From contig OZ037765.1 of NCBI GenBank assembly GCA_964035545.1, positions 9,434,698 to 9,498,697 of the forward strand: a stretch of 64,000 nucleotides of DNA, read 5' to 3'. The notes beneath the pieces are model-generated. The model was not told the origin of the DNA. It saw only the letters and a program-made list of their open reading frames with translations, and did no database searches. A program made the position numbers and the translations under genes. The DNA comes from Bugula neritina (lineage: Eukaryota > Animalia > Bryozoa). Within the stretch, counting starts at the first letter, position 1, and the number at the start of each line of letters is the position of its first letter. Positions 1-17,556 of this stretch are shown here, piece after piece.

Positions 1-566
1 TGATTTTTACCATTATTTCATAATTACATAACAATTACTTCAAATTTTTAAATATTATTAAATTCATACTTTTCTTACCCTGTCTGCTGTTTGATAAAAG
101 TTCAGATTAATTAAATGTAGTATTGTATCACCCTACTAATCGCTGTTGAGAACAGAAAAGGTTCTCCAATGTCAAAATTGCCCCAGAAAGTTGGACCCCA
201 GAAATGAGATTATATAACTTCTATTTGTCTCTTGTGAGAACAAAAGTAATTGTAATTAATTACATTAATTTTGTCTGCAATTGCAAGTGACAAATTCTCA
301 TGTAATTGTAATTAATTACATTCATATGTAATTGGCCCCAACTCTGGTGATAGTGGATAGTTTTCTATTCTCAAAGTATAATTATAGTTTAAATCTAGTC
401 CATCACCTCACATTTAGCTCTGATCTAAATGCCTGCATAGTGCATGTAGAATCTTTGTGATATATTAGTTATATCATCAATAAGGAGTCCTGCTTCAACT
501 GCATTAAACATAAATTAATTGTTGATTATCACAAATCAGCTTGGCATTGCATTTGCATTCTTGTAG

Positions 567-640
567 CTGCTAGAGGAGGAGGACGAGGTGGGCGTGGCAG
601 AGGTGGTCCAGGTGGAAATGTCTTTCAAAGAAGGAGATAA
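567..640 (+). CDS. SNRPD3: Small nuclear ribonucleoprotein Sm D3, last coding exon only (gene starts upstream of window)
   Basis: Acceptor ttgtag at 561-566, then a phase-1 exon reading AARGGGRGGRGRGGPGGNVFQRRR*, matching the RG-rich SmD3 C-terminus (human ...AARGRGRGMGRGNIFQKRR); AATAAA at 802-807. Confidence 0.75.
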
Positions 641-931
641 AATACATGCTGAAGAAATGTTTATAGTGCACATTGCATGCACAACTATTTATAACTAACT
701 CTTCGCCTGTATTGCAAAAGGTTGATTCTTACTTTTGTACATAGCAATTCTAGCATAAACATTTTATTTCATGTGTATAGTAGTAATTTTTTTGTATATA
801 AAATAAATATTTACTACAACTCGTAAAGTGTCATTTTTTTAAGAATTGGAACTCAAGTCAGAATTAAAAGGTATGAGGCACTTCTGATTCATCAGGAGTT
901 GTTTTTTTGGTCATCAACTGTCCGGCAACTA

Positions 932-2264
932 TTATGTGCTTTGCTGGGCTAAAAATGTCCTTATTCTACCAAGTAGCTCTTTTTTAACATCATCTGGTAC
1001 AAGAGCTCTCCCTTTAGGAGTTGTTTCAGCTACTAAATCTTCAACTGTGACATGTTCCAAGCCTTTTCTCTTTACAATCTCTTTACAGTGCGCTTTCAAT
1101 TCATCTCTCCACCCGCATTCTATCAACCTTAAACAAAATTTCGGTTAAAATCTGACGATACGTATGTTTAAAGTTACTTAGCTAACAACATAATACATAT
1201 GTTGAATTTTTCTTCATACTTTCAAAGTTGATTACATTACGTTCACTCAGCTGCAGTACTACAAATACTACAACATAATATAGCTTTAGATTTTAGAATA
1301 TTCAAGTAGATAATACATTCACTTATCTAATATACTTAATTGACATGGACCATCAGCTCACTGCACAGGAAGAAATAACTCGCACATTTTCCATGGCACT
1401 TGATATCTTGTCACATAAACTCCACATAATTGAAGTTTATGAGTAGTCATGTTAGCAAGATACAGTACACAGCAATTTAGTTGCACTATGCATAAGTGGT
1501 AGTGGTGTACCTGGTGCGAAGAATATCCTTCAGTCTTTCACTTTCACCTGATTCTACAAGTTTTTGATTAATACTTGATCTCATCTACAATATGAATTAG
1601 CTAAACTTATTATTCTATGAATAAATGCATTTAATTCAATCCAGTGGTAATAAAAGTACAGGGTTCCCTGTGTTTTCTACTAGTGCAGCAATCCATGGTG
1701 CTAATACTTTTTAGAAATTTACTGTGTTCTCTCACAATCTAAAGGCAGAAAATTATAACATTGCTACTTCAATTATAGACACCTCATGCAGACAAACAAA
1801 AGTAACATTGACAGCCTGTGAACGCTTTGGTTAGTGTGGATACATAATTTACCCACTCCAGTGTTTGGCCTTAGCAAAGAACCGTTGAATCCCAAGTTTA
1901 GACTTACAAAATATAGAAAATTCTTTGTAATTTGCATATGGTGTACTGAGAGCTATAATACACTAAACACATTGCATGTAGCATTTCATATAAATACAAA
2001 CATAGGTCTAAAATAATATTAACCAGCTAACTGTTAGCATCTAAAATGAATGTCTAAAGAAATTAGGTTGCAGCTCAGCTAGTTTCAATGAAGTAGTAAT
2101 TATGGATACAGAATACAAACTTGGGGAACAAGCGCCTGCAAGTTTAAACATTTTATAGTACAAATTCATAATTGCCCTAAAATGTTAAGCAATATAGCTG
2201 CTTATTTAGATAGCAACAAAACTATTATACTAACCAGAGCTTCAGAATTCCGTCTAGGATCCAT
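932..2264 (-). CDS. ENY2: Transcription and mRNA export factor ENY2/Sus1 (99 aa)
   Basis: Exons 2264-2235 ([10 protein letters not shown]), 1584-1511 ([24 protein letters not shown]), 1127-932 ([20 protein letters not shown]...[17 protein letters not shown]) with GT-AG borders and consistent phases. Confidence 0.93.
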
Positions 2265-4783
2265 ATCTACAATAGAAATGACAAGGCTCTATGATAGAGA
2301 CTATCTTCACAGTACTGATTGATGCTATAAAATTTATTTTCACTCAGTATGAGGCAGGTCTAAAAATTTATACAATACTAAGGTGATTGGTGAGCTAGTT
2401 ATAAAACAGCTTAACACCTGTATCTCTTTAGAAAAGTACGTGCTTAAGTGTCATTTTTGCCATTTTTTCAAAAAGTTAACTTGCTAAAAATTAGGTACTG
2501 AAGTTGGTTTATAGTGATTTAAGTTTATAGCATTGTTATTCCGAGCCTTGACTGTTATTACCACCAGCTTCTTTTCACTGGAGCAAGCTAGAACTTCTCA
2601 ATAATAAATAAAGTGGTTTGATAAATTTAAGGTAAACATTAATATTCGCAAGAAAATACATAAATTCAAAAAGCTTTTGATATCAGCATTGTAATACCAT
2701 ACAGACCAAAATATCCTCACATTTTGGAAAATATAACAAAAAATTGAAAGCAACAACTTAAAGTATCAATAGCAGTTATGTATTAAGAGAATGACAATAT
2801 GCTTAAATGCAAAAACTGATTCAGAGCACTAGCCTAGTGTGTTTACTCAACGTTTAACTATATAGTATATACTATATAGCATTTTATAAGTAGAATATTC
2901 AAGAAATTAAAATTTTGTAATTTAAAAATTATGTCTTCTTTTTCTTTACTCACCTAGAATATACTAATTTTTAAAGCTAGAGTGATACTCATACAATAAA
3001 AATAAACACATCACATACTGTTCAAGCCAACTCCAATTTTATTCTAATAATTGTAGCTTTACTATTACATTTATTACTAGTGTTACTATTACTATTAGCT
3101 AATTGAAATTGCCATTAGTATTAGTTACTAGTATGAGTCGTATAATCAACAGCATTATAACTTACGAGTATTACTATAAATAATTAATATTATTACTTCA
3201 AGTTTATCATTATGATTATGGTAATCACTATCAGTGAATCACTTGATGGCTGAATCCTGAAGAAACTTTATAAAATTAGGCATGGCTACCAGTTCTAGTA
3301 GTAGTACAAGTTGAAGTAGTAGAACTTGGTTCAGTACTACTACTACTACTACTACTGCTAAAACTACTAATACATTTACTAATAGTAGTACTAATAGTAA
3401 TACTAATAGTAGAGTACTACTATTACTATTAGTATTAGTATTAGTACTACTAGTACTAGTAGCACTAAGTCAAGCTGCTACTAATAGTAATAGTAATTTG
3501 AGCTGATAGTAATACTAATAGTCATCATAATTTGATAATCACACCCATTATCATTATGGTTAAGATTATAATTATTATTACTATTAGTATTATTAATATT
3601 AATAATAATATTTATATTATATTTATATTTTAATTTATCATCATGATTATCATAATGATAATATTATTAATATTAATAAGATTATCATGTAGCATAATCA
3701 ATATCATTGACATTATGATATTGATTACGATATTAATAATTTAATACTATTACTATTACTATTAGTACGTACAAGATTTATCAATTATAATTACATTTTA
3801 TAACAGCGGAAATGCCCCGATACGAATGTGTATCAGGAAATATGCGCACCCGAATAGATAAATTGGGTGCTTCGCATCAAGACTTTGCACGACATCATTA
3901 CGTTAAACTGTGTCCGTTAAGAAATAGGCGTGGCTAACCATATCTTCATCAAAGTGATCGTTCTTAAAATCATTCTAATTATAGTTTACGTACGACTGTA
4001 ACATATAAACGTCTAGTATAGCCACTTTATATTTTTGCTTGTTACATTCTACAAAAATCACTAGTAGTAGTAGCAGTAGCAGCAGGAGCAGCAGTAGTAG
4101 CAGCAGCAGCAGTAGTAGCAGCAGCAGCAGTAGTAGCAGCAGCACTACTAATACTGTAATAGTAATAATTATAATAATAGTACTTACTTAGTAGTAGCAG
4201 TAGCACTACTAATAGTAATAGTAATACTAGTAGTAGACGTAGTAGTAGCAGTAGTAGTGGGAGTGGCAGCAGCAGCAGCAGCAGTAAAAGTTATAGTAGT
4301 ACAGTAGTAGTAGTAACTCACACTCTTCTTGATCTTCATCTCAATCTTGTGTTGTACTTGTTTTTGGTAGGATTTGTCGTATGTTTGAATAACTATATTC
4401 TATAGCGTAGCGTTTAATTGCACCCCAGCAATGTATAGAAGTTTAGCACATGGCTAAGCTCAGTTTGTGTTATAAGGTAGTACCATCAAATATCTAATGA
4501 TTTGAAAGAGAAAACTGTTTTACTTTGTAGTAGGACTCATACTTATAGTACTCATAGTTTTAATTATCCTGATACTTGTACTCATGATCATTACTATAAA
4601 TGTAATACACATAGTAGCTGCACAGTAGCCGTAGATAGTACCACTACTAGAGTACTATTATTCATACCAGTAGTACTTATACTGGTGGTAGTACTAATAG
4701 ACATAGTACTACTTCTACTACTGCTTGTAGTATTAGACTATCAAAAAAATAATATTAACATATTATTATTAACAGAAGCAATA

Positions 4784-11374
<6,591 letters not shown>

Positions 11375-11922
11375 TCTGCTGATGTGCTTCCATGTGCTAA
11401 CAGTCATATATATATCCTCTACAGGAAGTAATGCTTCTTAATGCTGTGATTTTTCAAACAATGCAATCTATTTATACAAACTTATTGAAACTAGTCTTAT
11501 ATTCAACCCAAGTATGCAGAGTAACACTTTTAATTTCAAATTCTATTTTTTAAAATTGGTTGTCTGCTATCTGTACAATTGCAAGTTACTGAAAAAATTA
11601 AAAATTTTTATACATTTATTTTCATTTTATATAGTATAATATTTTCACATACAAGATTATGCTCTAGTACCACGCTGCATAAAGCTTTGTAGAACTATTG
11701 ACATATTGGTTAAAAAAATAATTTTATTAATTTTTTTCCATTATTGCAAATTTGTATTGCATAAAATGTCTATTCAAATGTATTATGAAAGATAACATGT
11801 CTTGTGTTTAGCAATAAAGACAGCAATACTTGTTGATTGAAACAAGCTGTCATGATTCTGCGGAGCCGTGCATTTAACTCCCCACAAATATTCTGTCCAT
11901 AGCAACTATGGCTTACTTATCT

Positions 11923-14780
11923 TCACCTCTCAGTTCTTGTAGGCATCATTGAACCTTTCTTTGAATTTTGTTGCCTCTTCTTTTTTACATATGAGTCTAA
12001 TTGTCCTTTTTCTTTCAATTCTTTATATTTTTCTGCTAATACCAGCTTCTGTTTTTCAGCTAAAATATCCATAAGAAAGTGAGCTACTGTTTGATTATGC
12101 TTGACACTTATATTCAACAAACTGTTGAAGTATTCCAACAGTAAAAAACAAACTACAAATTTTACATAGCTACATATAAAGTTACAGTTTCATATAAATT
12201 GGCATACATCAAAGACTTAAATTGTTTATATTGGAGTTTTTGTTTAGTAAAAAAAGAATGCAAAATTATTCATTTTTCAACTATTTATGACATGCAAGCA
12301 ACTTGAACACATTTTAAAAAGTTTTGGAGTTTCTACAATTGGTTTAGTCTCAAGTTTAATAAAGGATCGTTATAATGCAAAACATCCAAAATCAAATTAT
12401 ATGTATTATATTGTTGGAAATAATTGTGTAACATTCTGGATATAAAAAAAATCTATCATTAATGAAGCGCACAATCTGCAGGTTAAATGGCTCTGCACAC
12501 CTTTTCAACATTCAATATATTTTGATTTTAGGCTCTGTATGTTAAATGTAAAATGCTAGTATATATGAACATTTCACTATGCTGTAGATGAAATAAATCT
12601 ACACTTGAATACTTTATACAACTGAACTCTGAAAACACAACAAATAAAAAGTTCTAGAACTTAAAATTCAGAAAATATCTAAAGTCTATAAACATAATGA
12701 AACTTACATGATTTCAAGAAAAACGGTTTTCTTCCTTCTTTAATGGCTTGCTTACGTTCTTCTTTTAATCTCTGCTCGACTGTATCATCAACAATAACTT
12801 TCTTTTTTGCTGCTTTTCGTTGCCCCTGCAAAAATTCATTAGCCAACAGCATAATATTCCATATTGATAAATAGTAAAAATCTGTGATAAATTAAAATTT
12901 ATCACAGATCTTTACATACATGCAATGAAATTGTTTTAAAAGCTATAGTTCTAATGTTTTAAAAATCTAACATATAATAAATGTCCAAATCATAAAGAGA
13001 AGTTAGATTGATTTTCCAAGTTGTTACCAATAGAGCCCTAAAAGAAAAATAATTGCACACCCTACATACCCATAATTGTAAAATACAAAACCATGCAGGC
13101 AAATTAATAACTTACCAATCTAGTGAGCATATCTTTGGCCCTTCTTCTTGTTTCCTCATCCAAACCTTCATCTTCAGCTATTTTACTCACAGCCTAAAGA
13201 GAACTTACTCATATATATTAACAAAAACTAGCAATTTAGTTTCGTGTAGAAAATGCATCTACAGATACACTGTTACCATACATGACTCACCTTAAATTCC
13301 TTGGCTTTTAGCTTGTCTATAAATTTATATGATCTTTTAAATAGTTGCTCATTAAATTCACCAGACAAGTCATCAAACCGTGGATCCCGAGTAACTCTCT
13401 TCTGTGATGCCAGCTTTGAGAGGTTGGGAGGTCGTTTAGAAGATACTTCGACAGGTCTAAATAAGACAAACATCTCAATGGTGTGTGGGTTTGGTGAGTC
13501 AACATTGACTAATGTACTCTGTTGGTTATTGATGCACTAGGAAGTTACGCAATCTAAAGGGCAGTTGTGATATTTACCCATAATTCCTGGATCTGTTTTT
13601 TGAGGAAGGTCCTGTATGCAACTTTTTCAACCCAAATTTCTTATTAAACCTAAAATTGAATAATTATTGAGATATTAGTAGAATTCTACTACAGCCGTCT
13701 AAATGGAAAAGAAATATTACTAGAATTTTACCACCATTACATGTGTTAACTATAGCACAACTTACTGTTTAATACCCAACTTATTGCGAAGGCTTTGAAC
13801 TTCTTCAAGAGACATGTCTGACAGGGCTAAAACAGAGAGACATAAGCTATAACACCATAGTTAAAAAACTAAATGATGCAACGAATCTAATGGATACCCA
13901 CTCAACAAATGCATATATTTGTTAGAACATATGGTTGTATTATAGCCATACCATAATCACCAACTTATATCTGAACTTGAAATAATACAGACTATTTTTT
14001 GTACACAACAGAACATAATAACAAGGACAAAAATAAATAGAAATAAGAACGGAGCTAAAGGGACAAACTATTACATTTCTAAAAATTGGGTTGAAGCAGA
14101 AAATACTTGAAGACATTAAATTACTTGCTATTCAGCTAATTGAAGTTAAAAGGCCTGATGTCATACAGCTGTTAGGTTTAAGCTTACAATAACTTTCATT
14201 TATATATACATTATGCTGGCAGTCAATTTTATGTTTTGTGACCTATTTACTGAAATACAAAGAAGAAATTAAAACTAAAACATGAGCATAAGTAGACAAG
14301 ATACAAACTGGTGCAGTTTTCACATATTCAAATATAAAAATCCTTTTCCACACACTTAATTTATAAAATTTAATATACATTTGCCATAACTTGACTAAAC
14401 TATTTTTAACAATTCTCAATTTTCTTTAAACATTAACAGTCGGTTTATTGAATTTAATATCTATTATAAATCAGGTAGCTATAAAAACCTGCCTGTACCA
14501 CACTGTGTTTATTATAATTATATTGAAAAAGGGTGTCCAAACCCAAATATTTGTGGCAGTTTAGTTATAGCAATTTATTTAAATTTTTGTAAGTTTCTAG
14601 TGCTTTCAGATATAAGAAACACTATTTTGCTGATTAATTTAGCAAAAGAATTATACAAAGCAAATACTGAAAAATAATTTTAGATAAGTAAATCTTGAAA
14701 AAATAGTAACAAAATACATTGAAAACAAGCTTACACTGATGACCACTGGTCCCTTCATCATCTTCTAATACACTTGCCAT
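11923..14780 (-). CDS. RRP36: Ribosomal RNA processing protein 36 homolog (DUF947)
   Basis: Exons 14780-14735, 13826-13766, 13649-13578, 13456-13291, ~13193-13116, ~12826-12708, 12059-11923. Motifs PVEVSSKRP, RDPRFDDLSGEFNEQLFKRSYKFI and KYKELKEKGQLDSYVKKKR are typical of Rrp36. Confidence 0.88.
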
Positions 14781-15634
14781 TCTACCTAGAAGTGGGGAAA
14801 ACAAAACCAGTAGTCAGCTAGGTACACCATCTTCAATAAAATATTTGCTATTTGGCAATAACTAATAACTATATCAACCGGTTTTTTTTTAATTTTAAAA
14901 GTGACAGTGAAGACACAATTCATCTGCTTAAAATTTAGCAGAAAAAATTTGGTCACTTTTTAGTTTACAGAACATACTCCAGTAAATATTTAGTAGCAAG
15001 TCACATTTTTAAAAATGGAAACACGTGAGTTTAGAATTTACATTAATGCAATATTTTGGCAATGTGTATGTTATTTTATCAAGCAATAAATAGCATTCAA
15101 TAGTGTATTCAACTACCAAAACATTATACTAGAATAACTAGGTGATATACTGATGTCAAAAATATTGTATATGGGCCTATAGTTTAATGGCAGATACAAT
15201 TACATTTAAACAAACAATGGTACAGCAATGTGTGCACTTAAATTTAAAAACACTAATCGTTCTATGATAAGAACTTACAACCTTATAACAAACAAACCGC
15301 TACATAACTGCAGAAAATTGATGCCATGAACAGTTGAATAATATTAATGATGAACGCCTTCCAGTTTGAGTTTCTATGAGAAAATTTTAACAAATTTTAA
15401 TTAGGCATTTGCACAGTTCATTGATTTTCAGAACGAAGATAAAAATTAGATTTATGATATACGGCTATACCAATATTTCATTAGTATTTTAATTTGATTT
15501 TGTATAACTAAGTATTAAGATTCAAGTTTAATAATAATTGTAAGTGTATTAACTTTAAGTACTAGCAGTATCACTACTACTTATTAGTGCAACTAATGTA
15601 ATAGTAATACTAATAATACTATTAGTATTACTAT

Positions 15635-15986
15635 TGTAGTAATTTGTGCAATTACTGAGCGTGAGTTATTTACTTGCGTATAGTTAGCTGGTTATTCTGC
15701 TAGCAATTACTAGGGTAGCTGTCGAGTAATTATATTTATTATCCACAATAAAGCATAAAACAAACATCACATCAAATTATCCTATACATCAGTCAACTAC
15801 TAACACATGTTACTACTTCAAGCCTCCGCTTACAACAACGTGATATAATGTTAATAGCCCGGGAAGTGTCACGTGAATCGGAAGCATATCTTCCGGAGCT
15901 GCTAATTGGTTGCTACATAAGGGCTAAGTATTCCAAGAGTAGGGAGAGGGCGATTCCCGTATTTGTACTTTGCACTACTCACTACA
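15635..15986 (-). repeat. 3' LTR
   Basis: Same sequence as 20552-20903 (offset 4917); preceded on the minus strand by a G-rich PPT. Confidence 0.95.
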
Positions 15987-15996
15987 CCGCCCCCCC
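15987..15996 (-). promoter_or_regulatory. Polypurine tract
   Basis: Minus strand G-run followed by CGG directly abutting the 3' LTR TGTAGT. Confidence 0.8.
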
Positions 15997-16278
15997 AGCA
16001 GAAAGCCCTACTTTCTGATAACACAATAAAAAAACACATAATGAAAAACTATACAATAATCCAAGAAGAAAAACATACATAAGTAAACCCACAAAGAGGA
16101 AGAAAAGAAATAGTTGCACGACAACATTTATGTACAGAAGAAAACAGGGTGATCGATCACACACATCTAGTCAGCTATTAAGAGAGAGGGTGCTTACCAG
16201 CACACGGGCCAATGTCGGAGCACTCGTCACTTCCCAGACGAAATACAGCTCTACGAAGGGTGCCTATCCCAGGCATAC

Positions 16279-17336
16279 TCATTGGGTGGACTCTGACTCT
16301 TGTAGCGAGCGTGCTCTGTGTCGAGCCTGTCGGGCACGTAGCCGCCTCTTCAGTCGCCCCACTGAGTCCTTCAACTGGTATAGACCTGTCGTCGTATCCA
16401 GCAAGTCAGGGGCAAGTTGTGTGAACTCGGCTTGGAGTCTTACAAGCCGCTCTTCTACATTAGCCAACTGGCTAGGCCTTGGCGGGGTTGTAGTAGTCTC
16501 TGTTAGAGGGGGTATTGTTGTTTCTTCTACTTCTGGGGTGTTGCTAGGGTTGACGGGGGTAGGAGACGGGCCCTGAACCATAGGGGACTTATGGCGGGCG
16601 GATAGCAGCAGTACGTGGAACCCTGACGCTAGTGCGGCCAGGGTGATAGCCTTCCTGATGACTGGCTTGATGGCATCCAGGTATAGGGGGAAACTGTCCT
16701 CATCAACAGTGTGGTTCTCTCCGGCGAAGCAACTCAGCTTATGTACTGTCACGGGATACGGGTAGACGTCGTGGAACCCGCAGGGACAGAAGTGGAGTAG
16801 GAAATGGGCGTCTACATGTAAACGCAGGGAGCGGTGTGACGGGCACTCCTCAAAGCAGACCTGGCAGGTTCGGTGGGGTCCACTGGGTCCCCAGGCTTCC
16901 TCAATTCTCCTTTCCGTCGTGGGTGACACCCAACGGTGTCGTCGACGGAGCACCACGGGTATGCCATTCTCCATTACAGGCTCCTCTTCCATAGGCAGAG
17001 AGGTTGGCTGGTCCCGTGACCGGGAGGTGGTCACTCGAGTGTGATCTGAAAGAGTAGCAGTGTTAAAGATTATACACTGAGGTACCGTCGGCGTGTACAG
17101 CCTGACCGGTACTCTGTTCAGTTACACTCGTGAGATTCAGGCTAATGAATAGTTGATGGAGAACACACTCGCTATGACAGATTATTTAAAATCAAAGTCG
17201 ACGTGTATTCCCACCACTGTTTATCATTATCGAATCTCCAGCTCGCTAGCTAGTGTAGCTAAAGCTGACTGATGCAGTCTAGTTATCGTACCAAAAACAT
17301 AATTAACTCACCCTTCGATCCAGAATAGTAAGACAT
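16279..17336 (-). CDS. Accessory ORF3 of the LTR element (about 263 aa, two exons): C2H2 + C2HC zinc fingers, Pro/Thr linker, coiled coil, Arg-rich tail
   Basis: Exon 1 17336-17312 (caaaATG, MSYYSGSK) ending AAGG|GTGAGT; intron 17311-17046 ending ctctttcAG; exon 2 17045-16279 joins in frame (G|AT=Asp) to the 251-aa ORF. CQVC-x12-H-x3-H and CPC-x12-H-x3-C. Confidence 0.75.
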
Positions 17337-17556
17337 TTTGGAATGAGAGCGGTAAATGATTACTGTTTACTGGCACGTCTACTCTTGACTGCATCAACAT
17401 AGGAAAAGACCGGACAGCGTGGTTGTGAAACGTGACTAGGGCTTTTCACTTCCAGTGGATGAATCTCGTGTGAGATTCCGCCGAGGCAAAAGTTGAGATT
17501 TTTGTGGTGATCACAACTCCCACGGCTCTTTGCCTGTTTTCCCATGCGAGGCCTCT

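Noticed and set aside
244-346. GTAATT repeats ending CCCCAACTCTG, like a DNA-transposon terminus
   Set aside because: Partner end not in the window; cannot be verified.
4502-4783. N-terminal extension of the CYP4 ORF
   Set aside because: Low-complexity TAG tract upstream of an acceptor (aacag ~4775); the likely start is ATG 4784.
16279-17034. ORF3 as an envelope gene
   Set aside because: No signal peptide, TM anchor or fusion peptide; it has zinc fingers and basic motifs instead.
17360-17545. 61-aa ORF between pol and ORF3
   Set aside because: Short and without motifs; no support as a separate gene.
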